46,924 nt of DNA from a virus (IMGVR_UViG_3300036778_000085:1-46924); one strand, 5' to 3'. Shown: positions 9,422 through 17,322, numbered from the stretch's first letter. Notes: generated by a model from the letters alone, not told the origin. Program-made: numbers and translations.

Positions 9422-9906
9422 GGTAGAGGAAATCCGTAAAAATAAAAATCCGCTGTCGCAGCTGCACCTTGTGGTGTTGTGAACGAAATCCAAATAGTCG
9501 ATTGATTAGTCGCGATAGTTGCTCCTGCGATGGGAAGCCCGAATAGATTACCATTTGTATTGGGTGCATTGGTTGTTAAAGAATTATAAGTCTGTGCCGC
9601 GGCGACAATAGCTACGCCAGCTTTGCTTGTCGCGGTGTAGATTCCTCCTATTACAGTTGTCATGGCAATTGAAGGATTGATTACAAAGATCGTGTTGATA
9701 CGACAAGTAGTAGCAGGACAGTGAATTGTAACTGGTTGGTCCGCCGTTGAGTTCATATCAATGGCGTGGGCAACCCCCATAAGTTGTAAACTAAAAGGGG
9801 CGTTGTTAGATATCGTTTGGGCTAGAACGATACCCGGCCAAAAATAAAGCAGAAGGATAAGAAGATGCCGCATTAGCAGAGCAGGGATAAAGAGGAGCCG
9901 GCTCAT
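9418..9906 (-). CDS. Signal-peptide-bearing beta-sandwich-like protein, AT-rich gene
   Basis: ...MRHLLILLLYFWPGIVLA|QTIS; CPATTC; alternative start at 9873. Confidence 0.7.
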   Translation of the reverse strand: MSRLLFIPALLMRHLLILLLYFWPGIVLAQTISNNAPFSLQLMGVAHAIDMNSTADQPVTIHCPATTCRINTIFVINPSIAMTTVIGGIYTATSKAGVAIVAAAQTYNSLTTNAPNTNGNLFGLPIAGATIATNQSTIWISFTTPQGAAATADFYFYGFPLP

Positions 9907-10451
9907 CGGGTAACCACCGAATAGGCTTGAGAAGCAGTATCGGAATTGATTTGGATCGCGTCGGCGGCGATTGTGCCGCCTTGAGTACAAGAGAAAGTAT
10001 CGTTTGGTTGAAGCAGAAAAGCGGCGGCGGAAGTGGCAGAGCCAGTGGTGCCGAGGTAGATTCGTTCCACGGAGGCTGATTTGTTCTGGACAAGACAGGC
10101 AAGGCGATTGCTGTTCGAAGCTAGAACTTGTGTGAAGGTTGAGGGGGTTGCGGAGGTCGTGCCTGAAGTTTGAGTCGACGAGGATTGCGTCGGGATGGTG
10201 TTGATCGAGCCATTAGAAATGGCGATGGCACCTGAGATTGCGAGATGGCCGGAGGAGTCGCATTGGATCCAGACGGCGGTGCCTGAGGCAACGGTTGGCG
10301 GCGAGGAGTTGAAGGCGCAGGCAATGCCTTGGGCGGGGTTCGCGGAGGGAGCCACCTGGGCCCTGGCCTCAGGGGAGAAAGCCAGGGCCCACGCGCTCAA
10401 CAAGGTTGCCGCCACAACCTGGAGCCAAGTTCGAGGTAAGAGGTGGGTCAT
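9903..10451 (-). CDS. Signal-peptide-bearing beta-rich protein
   Basis: MTHLLPRTWLQVVAATLLSAWALAFSPEARA|QVA; NSNRLACLVQN motif; 4 Cys in mature part. Confidence 0.75.
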   Translation of the reverse strand: MTHLLPRTWLQVVAATLLSAWALAFSPEARAQVAPSANPAQGIACAFNSSPPTVASGTAVWIQCDSSGHLAISGAIAISNGSINTIPTQSSSTQTSGTTSATPSTFTQVLASNSNRLACLVQNKSASVERIYLGTTGSATSAAAFLLQPNDTFSCTQGGTIAADAIQINSDTASQAYSVVTR

Positions 10452-10993
10452 TCCGCTGCCTCGATGAGTTTTGCTTGGTCGATCCGGCGCCGGGCTGCTT
10501 CGAGCTTGGCGGCGAAGTCGATGTTGACGTTGGTTTGGGTAGTGTGCTTGCCGTAGCCAAATCGATCGGCGCGATCGGCAGTGAGGGAGATCAGGGTGCG
10601 GAGCGGAAGGCGCTCGTCGCTGTCGATCGCGTCATCGAGGGTATCGGCGATCATCCGCTCGGCCTTGATCATGTTCGAGGTCGCGGTTTCGTGGAAGACA
10701 TCGCGGGAGGCGAGCCAGGACGTTGAGTCGAGATCGCGGTATTTGGCGATGAGTTCGATCACCGAGGGATCGTTGCGGAGCAAGGAGATCCGCGAAGAGT
10801 TGTAGCCGACCTGGGCTGCGACTTCGGCGTTGGACAGGCCCGAGGCGATGAGTCGCGCGATGATGTGGTGGGAATCGCGGATCTTGGCGATGCGGGTGCG
10901 GGCCGAGGGCTGGCGCAGAGATTCGAGATCGGCCGAGACGAGAGGGCGAACTGAAAGGACTCGTGGCGAGCGGGGGTTGCGCTGAGGGATCAC
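10448..10993 (-). CDS. HTH protein, probable terminase small subunit
   Basis: GLSNAEVAAQVGYNSSRISLL helix-turn-helix, helical middle, early in the late operon. Confidence 0.6.
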   Translation of the reverse strand: MIPQRNPRSPRVLSVRPLVSADLESLRQPSARTRIAKIRDSHHIIARLIASGLSNAEVAAQVGYNSSRISLLRNDPSVIELIAKYRDLDSTSWLASRDVFHETATSNMIKAERMIADTLDDAIDSDERLPLRTLISLTADRADRFGYGKHTTQTNVNIDFAAKLEAARRRIDQAKLIEAAE

Positions 10994-11223
10994 TGGTCAC
11001 CTGATTTGGCCAGGGTGTATTGAAGATCGGTCACAGCGCCGAGCATGAGAACGCGGTTGCCGCGGCCATAAGTACTGGTGAAGGTGGTGCCATCGGCCGC
11101 AGCGAGGACCACGGCCATTCCGATGAAGGGGCGGTCACGACTGAGGGAGACAAGAGATTCGAGCTTCTCGACAATTAAGTCAGCGTCGGCACTGCGCCCA
11201 GTGATGAGTTTGATCGGGCTCAT
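10990..11223 (-). CDS. Hypothetical protein
   Basis: ATGA overlaps on both sides. Confidence 0.65.
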   Translation of the reverse strand: MSPIKLITGRSADADLIVEKLESLVSLSRDRPFIGMAVVLAAADGTTFTSTYGRGNRVLMLGAVTDLQYTLAKSGDQ

Positions 11224-11537
11224 CGGCGGAGACCTACGATCTTCGGGAGGGGCACAGGCGTGGGCATGCGATTCCCTGGGGGATCGTAGAGTTCGATCAG
11301 GACAGCGACTTCGGCCCGGGCTCGATCCGGATGGGACGGCCGCAGGAGAACTTCGTCGAAGTCAACACCGCGAACCGGCATCCACGGCGCGGAGATCTTC
11401 TTGTGGAGGGATCGATGCCCGGCCACGAGTTCAAGTGGAACCCGCGCGGAGCCAACGAACTGCACGCGGCCGCGCAATCGGAGGACATAGACCGAATACT
11501 GTAGAATCGCACTCAGGTTGACAAAATCATCCAACAT
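11220..11537 (-). CDS. GIY-YIG-like small protein (start uncertain)
   Basis: SVYVLRLRGRVQFVGSA...E...LIELYDPPGN resembles a degenerate GIY-YIG fold. Confidence 0.5.
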   Translation of the reverse strand: MLDDFVNLSAILQYSVYVLRLRGRVQFVGSARVPLELVAGHRSLHKKISAPWMPVRGVDFDEVLLRPSHPDRARAEVAVLIELYDPPGNRMPTPVPLPKIVGLRR

Positions 11538-11601
11538 CGTCGTGGCTCTCTGGCGGAGGGTCATTTTCAAAATCTGGGCCGGTCGCTGTTCCATTGTTTT
11601 A

Positions 11602-11630
11602 ATAAGAGCACGCCGGGCCAGAGAAAGCAA
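11602..11630 (-). promoter_or_regulatory. Putative sigma70-type leftward promoter
   Basis: TTGCTT-N17-TCTTAT with TG extension, upstream of the minus-strand operon. Confidence 0.45.
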
Positions 11631-11799
11631 GAGGGAAATGCAAAAATTTACAAAATTTGCTGAGATATAAAATTTGCTGAGAGGTCCTATGGGCCGCGTG
11701 CGAAGTCGGATTTTTGGCCCCCGGCTGGTCGGAGTCGAAGGTCGAGGAGGTCGTACGGTCACCGGGTTGTAGGACAACAGGATGGTGGGATGCGTCGAA

Positions 11800-11827
11800 C
11801 GCATAGCAGGTATGCAAGGATGTGGGT
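11800..11827 (+). repeat. 28-bp direct repeat, copy 1
   Basis: CGCATAGCAGGTATGCAAGGATGTGGGT, identical at 12431-12458. Confidence 0.9.
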
Positions 11828-11888
11828 GGACTGTGATGTGGGGATGTGGTGGAGTGCGGAGGTCAAGAAGTGAACAAGAGGAACGACC

Positions 11889-12104
11889 ATGGTTAAGACT
11901 GTTCAAGACCGCACTAAAGCTGAGGCGCAGCTTCACGGTCAGCTTGAGGCCTACCTCTATGATTACGCCTGTGATCGCATAACAGCGAAGCAGGTTCAGA
12001 AGTGGTTCAAGCTCGCAGGTTGGTCGGTCAATCTCCGCAAGCCTATCCACAATCAATTCGAGTGCATCAATCCCAACGGTGATTACGTCTGGCTCTCTTA
12101 CTGA
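11889..12104 (+). CDS. Hypothetical early protein
   Basis: GAGGA RBS, 71 aa. Confidence 0.65.
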   Translation: MVKTVQDRTKAEAQLHGQLEAYLYDYACDRITAKQVQKWFKLAGWSVNLRKPIHNQFECINPNGDYVWLSY

Positions 12105-12122
12105 AGCCAGGGACCGCTCAAG

Positions 12123-12405
12123 CCTCGATCCCGCTCCGATCTCCCTCCGACACTCCATCCGAATTCCCCGCCAATTCCCTCCGATCAGCCGATTCTTGAA
12201 AGTGGCCACACCCCGGAGGGGAGGGGGGCCTCTCTCCCCCTCCCCGTACCCCTACTACCTTTAAGTCAATTTTTTTTTTTTTGTGACATTTATGCAACAC
12301 TAGGGGAGGCCACCCCTAGGGTGAGGCATCTTTCATGGTTCGGCCTATCGCGGGGAACTCGGGGGGTGCTCGGATGGAGATTCGGGGGATGGTCGGGGAT
12401 CGAGG
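12123..12405. repeat. Imperfect inverted repeat enclosing G/C hairpins and a T13 tract
   Basis: CCTCGATCCC and CTCCATCCGA on the left pair with TCGGATGGAG and GGGATCGAGG on the right. Confidence 0.7.
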
Positions 12406-12430
12406 TTCAAGGTCTGAGGTATGTCCAGGG

Positions 12431-12458
12431 CGCATAGCAGGTATGCAAGGATGTGGGT
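12431..12458 (+). repeat. 28-bp direct repeat, copy 2
   Basis: Identical to 11800-11827. Confidence 0.9.
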
Positions 12459-12579
12459 TGACCCCGAACGGGTTGTCGTGCCAGAGTTTGAAGGAAGACA
12501 AGTGTTAGTTGTTTTCATCTCAGTTGTGATCGCCGGCTTGAGTGCTGCGGCGGTCATTGAAGCCACAGAGGATTGACCG

Positions 12580-12669
12580 ATGTCCACGAACACCTTTATC
12601 TTCGCCTCGCTCTGCCTCGCGTTCGTGTTGGCAACAGCCATTGCTGTAATGTGGTTCAGGCTCGACTAG
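12580..12669 (+). CDS. 29-aa membrane peptide
   Basis: GAGGA RBS; MSTNTFIFASLCLAFVLATAIAVMWFRLD. Confidence 0.55.
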   Translation: MSTNTFIFASLCLAFVLATAIAVMWFRLD

Positions 12670-12759
12670 ATCGAGTTGTGCCAAGTGCGTCTTGAGTACA
12701 GCGCCTTGGATGCCATTCCAGTTGAGTACGACGGTTTCCCCTCTTAAAGGATCAAACCA

Positions 12760-12903
12760 ATGACCGCGCCAAGGTTCAACCATCTCTGCGTTAAGCTTTC
12801 CCGGCTTAATCGCCACGAATTCGAATTGACCGCCGCCGCGCTGCGCCTCTCGCCGCAGCTTCGCCAACGACTGTGGCTCGCGATCCATTCCAGCAAGTAT
12901 TGA
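12760..12903 (+). CDS. Small hypothetical protein (47 aa)
   Basis: AAAGGA RBS; MTAPRFNHLCVKLSRL... Confidence 0.55.
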   Translation: MTAPRFNHLCVKLSRLNRHEFELTAAALRLSPQLRQRLWLAIHSSKY

Positions 12904-12936
12904 GTACGACGGTTTCTCTAGTCCAGGACCTTTGCC

Positions 12937-13059
12937 ATGATCTTCTACTATCTCGCTCAAATCTTCGGTCGCCGCGTTTCGCGCCTTCGTGATAACTACG
13001 GATCGGCCGACATCTATCTTTTCTTGGGACGGTATATCGCCGTGCCGGTCAAATATTGA
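12937..13059 (+). CDS. Small hypothetical protein (40 aa)
   Basis: AGGA RBS; MIFYYLAQIFGRRVSRL... Confidence 0.55.
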   Translation: MIFYYLAQIFGRRVSRLRDNYGSADIYLFLGRYIAVPVKY

Positions 13060-13094
13060 TCCCAGCGCCTCCTCCAGCAAGGTTTATCATTCCC

Positions 13095-13286
13095 ATGGCC
13101 ATTTTCACCCTTAAATCTAAATCCGGGCCTATCAATATCGACATTGATCAGCTTACCGATGCCGCCTATATCGAAGCGCTGCATCGTGGTTGCGAGGCCA
13201 TGCTTCGGCTCAAGACACGCGCCGCGCTTATCGAAGTCGCCAAGGTCAAACCCAAGGTCAAACGCAAAAAGAGCGCATCCCGCTGA
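13095..13286 (+). CDS. Small basic protein, paralogous to the N-terminus of 13817-14473
   Basis: PINIDIDQLTDAAY vs PIDIDIDELPDAMY. Confidence 0.65.
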   Translation: MAIFTLKSKSGPINIDIDQLTDAAYIEALHRGCEAMLRLKTRAALIEVAKVKPKVKRKKSASR

Positions 13287-13373
13287 GGGCGGACATATTC
13301 ATCACTAGCTGTCTATCCCTCTGTCCACCCTCACTGCACCACTTTCGCCGTTAATTTTTCTTGTAAATCGCTC

Positions 13374-13402
13374 TTGAGTTTCACCTCGCCCCCTGTTAAG
13401 AT
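13374..13402 (+). promoter_or_regulatory. Sigma70-type promoter
   Basis: TTGAGT-N17-TAAGAT with TG extension. Confidence 0.6.
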
Positions 13403-13469
13403 CAGGGACAATCAGAGATCGACCAATCAGTTGAGTACAGCGCCCGCCCTCCCTCTTCGGACCACGCCC

Positions 13470-13661
13470 ATGACCAACTCGCCGCCATTCATCCTCGTCA
13501 CTCGCTACTCTTCCGGTCGCGTCGCCACAGACAAATTCCACACGGTCAAATCCGCTCGACACTACGCGAAGGCCTTGTGCAACTCTCCCACGGCCTTGGA
13601 AATCACCCTCGAAGGCCCCTCACTCATCCGCACTGTTCTCTTCTCACGCGCCACCGTGTGA
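13470..13661 (+). CDS. Hypothetical protein
   Basis: 63 aa ORF downstream of the promoter. Confidence 0.55.
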   Translation: MTNSPPFILVTRYSSGRVATDKFHTVKSARHYAKALCNSPTALEITLEGPSLIRTVLFSRATV

Positions 13662-13816
13662 TTTCCAAGTCAGGCAGGATGTGACTCCACTTCACATCCT
13701 GCCTCGCTGGGCAATCCCGCCCTCCCAGAGGAGCAAGCCAAAGAGGGAAAGCAGGCCGCCTGTGCAGCCTATGACCGGTCCCTAGCGCCAATCCTCGCAA
13801 CCAAAGAGTCCACCAC

Positions 13817-14473
13817 ATGGGTGAACTAGTCCAAGTTCCGATCGCGAAGGCCGGCAACCGTCCGATCGATATCGACATCGATGAGCTTCCCGACGCAATG
13901 TATCGCCTTTGCGTCGCGGAAGGCCTCAAAGTCCTTCTCAACAAGCGCATGTCCAAGGTCGGCTCCGTCACCAAACTCACCGGTGACGACCAAGCCAAAG
14001 CCTACGACATGGCCTTCAAGATCGCCGAGGAAAACGCTCTCCAGCTGATGTCGGGCGAAATCCGCGTCGCCTCAGCGAAGTCCGCCACCAAGGTCGCGGC
14101 CATCGTCATGACCGAGGCGCGTCGCCTCGCGAAGGAAGTGGTCAAAAACACCATCCGCGCCGCTGGCATGAAAGTCTCTCATGTCGAAGCGTCGCAGATC
14201 ACTGCCGCCGCGAACGAACTGATCGCCTCCGACCCGTCGTTCATCGAACAGGCCGAAGTCGCCATCGAGTCGCGCAAGGCCAAAACCTCGACCGACAAGG
14301 CCGAAGCCGAAGCCCTCATTGCCAAGCTCGGTGGCGTGGTCGAATCTCCGAAGCTCGTCGCCAAGGCCGCCAAGGACAAAGCGGAGCGCAAAACCCAGCT
14401 TTCCGCGAAGCAGGCCGGCCTCCCCAAGGCGCCGAAGCGCAAGCCGGAGCAGACCATCCATATGCCGAACTAA
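13817..14473 (+). CDS. Ala/Lys-rich helical protein, possible DNA-binding protein
   Basis: 218 aa, strong codon bias, basic C-terminus. Confidence 0.7.
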   Translation: MGELVQVPIAKAGNRPIDIDIDELPDAMYRLCVAEGLKVLLNKRMSKVGSVTKLTGDDQAKAYDMAFKIAEENALQLMSGEIRVASAKSATKVAAIVMTEARRLAKEVVKNTIRAAGMKVSHVEASQITAAANELIASDPSFIEQAEVAIESRKAKTSTDKAEAEALIAKLGGVVESPKLVAKAAKDKAERKTQLSAKQAGLPKAPKRKPEQTIHMPN

Positions 14474-14569
14474 GGCCGAGGTCGGGGCACGGCCCCTCCT
14501 TTGAGTACAGCGCCTTGGAGTGTGACACCTTGCCACACTCCACCACACCCTCCGGGACCACGAAGACGC

Positions 14570-14598
14570 TTGACACGCTGATCTGGTCCCTTTAAGTT
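14570..14598 (+). promoter_or_regulatory. Strong sigma70-type promoter
   Basis: TTGACA-N17-TAAGTT. Confidence 0.7.
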
Positions 14599-14604
14599 AA
14601 ATCC

Positions 14605-14840
14605 AGCGCTCGGCTCACTTCAGCCCAGCGCCCCTCCCCTAGGCTCCAGTAGAGCCAGCCAGACGGAGCACAGAGCACCGCCCGCGAAGGGTTGAAGCTC
14701 TCGATCCTCTGCCAGACCGATGTGAGCAATAGACAGCGACTGCAGCGCAAGCCTAGGATCACATCGGCGACTGGGCCTTCAAGTAGATCAACAGATAGGC
14801 GCAACCCCGCCTCAGGCTCCTATAACGATCGAAGGATCGC
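14605..14840 (+). ncRNA. Candidate structured RNA or long 5' leader
   Basis: Several complementary segments (14623-32/14766-76, 14717-25/14759-67, 14638-45/14750-57) in ~240 nt between promoter and next ATG. Confidence 0.45.
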
Positions 14841-14844
14841 CCCA

Positions 14845-15456
14845 ATGTCCGACATCCATAACATCATCAAGGCCCTTGCCGACGCTCAGACCGCCGTCGA
14901 CCGTGTGCCCGAGCTCGAATTCGAAGTTCTGCACCTCTCCGAGGTCAACGCCCAGCTCGAAAGCACCAAATCGCGCCATGAAGACTACATCGAAGAGCTG
15001 GCCAAAAAGCTTCAAGCCAGCGAAATCCGCGCCAATGCTCTGGAGGCACAACTCGATCAGGCCACCTTTCGCGAAAGCGAAACCGCTCGTCGGCTGGAAG
15101 TTCTTCAATCTATGGTTCGGGGTGCTCTCGATACCGTGACGCCATCGGCAAAGCCGGAATACGGCGGCTGTGGCTCACCCACGGATCAGAGTGCCAGCCC
15201 TTTGTCCCCGACGATCGATGTGCCCTCGACCGAACCCTTTTCGTCCGAGATTGTTCCCTCTGCGCAACCCTCTACGGAGAATGCGTCTTCCTCTGATCGC
15301 TCGACCTATACTTTTACTCCTGAAGCCGACATAGTTACCCCTGTCCCTCGCTTCGCCGGTCAAGAGTCCTGGCGCAAACCCTCCGATATGACATGGGGCG
15401 ACTGGAAGTCACAAGGAGGCGACACCCCGAATTGGGTTGACTCCGCCCACTTCTAA
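14845..15456 (+). CDS. Coiled-coil protein with Ser/Pro-rich linker and Trp-rich tail
   Basis: GAAGGA RBS; heptad-like region. Confidence 0.7.
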   Translation: MSDIHNIIKALADAQTAVDRVPELEFEVLHLSEVNAQLESTKSRHEDYIEELAKKLQASEIRANALEAQLDQATFRESETARRLEVLQSMVRGALDTVTPSAKPEYGGCGSPTDQSASPLSPTIDVPSTEPFSSEIVPSAQPSTENASSSDRSTYTFTPEADIVTPVPRFAGQESWRKPSDMTWGDWKSQGGDTPNWVDSAHF

Positions 15457-15465
15457 GCTCGACCA

Positions 15466-15498
15466 AGGCGGGTGATCCTTTCTGGGTCGCCCGCCTTA
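15466..15498 (+). terminator. Long stem-loop (terminator or RNase III site)
   Basis: AAGGCGGGTGATCC-tttct-GGGTCGCCCGCCTT just after the stop codon. Confidence 0.5.
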
Positions 15499-15526
15499 AC
15501 TTGTTCCTCGATCCAGGATCGCCCCC

Positions 15527-15667
15527 ATGCCCATCATCATCGCTGGTATCCTCTTTATCCATTTCGCCAATCGACACTGGCACAACGCTACGATCTACAC
15601 CATGATGGCGCTCTTCACCGCTTTCCTCATTGCCGTCATCGCTCAACAGGTCTGGGCACGCCGATGA
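15527..15667 (+). CDS. 46-aa membrane protein
   Basis: AGGA RBS; two hydrophobic stretches; ATGA overlap with the next gene. Confidence 0.6.
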   Translation: MPIIIAGILFIHFANRHWHNATIYTMMALFTAFLIAVIAQQVWARR

Positions 15668-15936
15668 CCGCTTCGAAAGCTCCCAGCGCCGCCCCATCCA
15701 ATGCCCTCCGAGTCTGGACCGACTCCCGCTCGATCTACGTCGAGCTACCAGGCAGGGCCGGCCCCTCGATCCTAACTTATCCTCTATCCGACGGTGGCCT
15801 CTCCAAAGCTCTCTCCCTCCTCCGCACCCAACGCTACGACTTCGGCGGCGCTGTCGAAACTTCGCCCAAAGCTCTGTCGACCTCACAATCCGCCCAGGCC
15901 GAGTCCATCCTCCGTCAACGAGGGATCATCCGATGA
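15664..15936 (+). CDS. Hypothetical protein
   Basis: Coupled ATGA chain. Confidence 0.65.
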   Translation: MTASKAPSAAPSNALRVWTDSRSIYVELPGRAGPSILTYPLSDGGLSKALSLLRTQRYDFGGAVETSPKALSTSQSAQAESILRQRGIIR

Positions 15937-16097
15937 CCAAATCCGAGGCCCTCGCTCTTATCGATGACCACAAAAGCACTCTGCTCGATCCTGTGGAAAT
16001 GCTCCAATGGACCTATCTCCGCGTTATCATCCACAATATCCCTGATAACCAATGGCGCGAAGCCCTCATCACCTCTCTTGGAATTCTAAGCCAATGA
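15933..16097 (+). CDS. Hypothetical protein
   Basis: Coupled ATGA chain. Confidence 0.6.
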   Translation: MTKSEALALIDDHKSTLLDPVEMLQWTYLRVIIHNIPDNQWREALITSLGILSQ

Positions 16098-16246
16098 CCC
16101 ATCTCTGCCATCACTGCCAAAAGCCCTTCCGCAAATCCGCCGCCAAGTGGCAACACATCGCGGCTCGTCATCCTCAAGCCCAAGCCAAGCTCGATGCTAA
16201 GGCCCGTCTATCCAATGTCGTGGCCTTGAGTACAGCGCAACACTAG
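16094..16246 (+). CDS. Single C2H2 zinc-finger protein
   Basis: CHHCQKPFRKSAAKWQHIAARH fits C-x2-C-x3-F-x8-H-x4-H. Confidence 0.65.
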   Translation: MTHLCHHCQKPFRKSAAKWQHIAARHPQAQAKLDAKARLSNVVALSTAQH

Positions 16247-16274
16247 TCCATCCCCACAAACCTTGAAGGTCGCC

Positions 16275-16559
16275 ATGACTCTCGATCAGGCCTTCGTCGA
16301 CCTCGCCGACTCTGGCTGGCTCCTCAACACCCTATGTCAAAACGACGCCGGCGTCTGGTTCTGCAACCTCCGCCACAACTGGCACTTCACCCCTGTTGTG
16401 TCCGCCGACACTGCTTCCCTTGCCCTGGCCTTGGCTCTCGACTCGCTCGACTACGCCAAGCACATCCCACAAGCCACAACCTCGCATTCAATCGAAACCA
16501 AACCCAACCTCGCGGCCTTGCTCAACCTCAAGGCCGCTCGACCGATCCGGAGACTCTAA
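16275..16559 (+). CDS. Hypothetical protein ending IRRL
   Basis: GAAGG RBS; TAATG overlap with the next gene. Confidence 0.65.
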   Translation: MTLDQAFVDLADSGWLLNTLCQNDAGVWFCNLRHNWHFTPVVSADTASLALALALDSLDYAKHIPQATTSHSIETKPNLAALLNLKAARPIRRL

Positions 16560-16843
16560 TGACCCTCAAATGGCACACGCGCGAGTCCTCTTCTGACTAC
16601 CCTCCCGCCGAAGGCTGGTACCGCGTTATGATCTCAGGCGACTCAGAATCTGTCGACGGCCATCTAATCTATTCCTATCCCGATTACGAAACATGGGCGC
16701 ACTTCGCCCCTGCCTCACCCGCCTCACCCGAACCCTTTCCAGGCGGCTACCGTGGCACCTTCACTGGCTGGCGTGACGAAGACGACTCAACTATCTTCGC
16801 CTATTGCGGCCCGATCCTCATCCCTCCCTATGAGGCTTCCTAA
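16559..16843 (+). CDS. Hypothetical protein
   Basis: TAATG overlaps on both sides. Confidence 0.65.
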   Translation: MTLKWHTRESSSDYPPAEGWYRVMISGDSESVDGHLIYSYPDYETWAHFAPASPASPEPFPGGYRGTFTGWRDEDDSTIFAYCGPILIPPYEAS

Positions 16844-17073
16844 TGCCTTACTCAAAATACGAAACCGTCGCCGGCCAAGCCTCCGAGTCTGCTACCTTCG
16901 GCGTTCTCCTCGAACATCTCCGCCTCGGCGCCGAATGTTGCTACACCATCGGCCACCTCCGCAAAGCCAACGACGATGCCCTCGTCGGCCAAGGCTGGCT
17001 CGCCATCGGCCAACTCCTTGAACGGATGGTCACCCAAGTCACCAACCTCGCTATGAAAGGCATCCACCAATGA
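16843..17073 (+). CDS. Hypothetical protein
   Basis: Coupled ORF. Confidence 0.7.
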   Translation: MPYSKYETVAGQASESATFGVLLEHLRLGAECCYTIGHLRKANDDALVGQGWLAIGQLLERMVTQVTNLAMKGIHQ

Positions 17074-17270
17074 TCGACGCCCTGTTCTATTGGCTCCGTC
17101 AGCGCCTTGGCTTGCATCAAATGATCGGCCAGCACGAGGATATAAGAGCCGACCTACGTTCAATTCGCCTCATACTCGAAGCCAACTCCCGCACCGAGTC
17201 CGATCGGCTCTCCAACGAAGCCATCGCTCGATTCCAGGCCGATCCGATCCTAAATCCGAAATCGAAATAA
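17070..17270 (+). CDS. Hypothetical protein
   Basis: Coupled ORF. Confidence 0.6.
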   Translation: MIDALFYWLRQRLGLHQMIGQHEDIRADLRSIRLILEANSRTESDRLSNEAIARFQADPILNPKSK

Positions 17271-17293
17271 TCCCCCGATCTTCAACACGGCTC

Positions 17294-17322
17294 TTGAATT
17301 CCCCGAACTAACCTGATATACT
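17294..17322 (+). promoter_or_regulatory. Sigma70-type promoter of the replication operon
   Basis: TTGAAT-N17-TATACT with TG extension, then GGAG RBS. Confidence 0.75.

Larger units (their letters stand above)
12692..16238 (+). repeat. Dispersed TTGAGTAC(AGCGC/GACGGTTTC) motif, six copies
   Basis: Copies at 12692, 12722, 12900, 13431, 14501, 16226, all on the + strand. Confidence 0.85.

Noticed and set aside
11538-12209. Upstream two-thirds of the 329-aa minus-strand ORF
   Set aside because: Runs through promoter and repeat DNA and lies antisense to a + gene with a good RBS
12520-13080. 186-aa minus-strand ORF and other long antisense ORFs (e.g. 7001-7801, 18210-19010, 24672-25421)
   Set aside because: Shadow frames of GC-rich genes on the opposite strand; no recognisable motifs
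13680-13696. CRP-like TGTGA...TCACA box
   Set aside because: Spacer is 7 nt rather than 6, and the site is part of a longer RNA-type hairpin
12692-16238. TTGAGTAC copies as sigma70 -35 boxes or a CRISPR array
   Set aside because: No -10 box at 17 bp for most copies; spacing is irregular and the intervals contain genes
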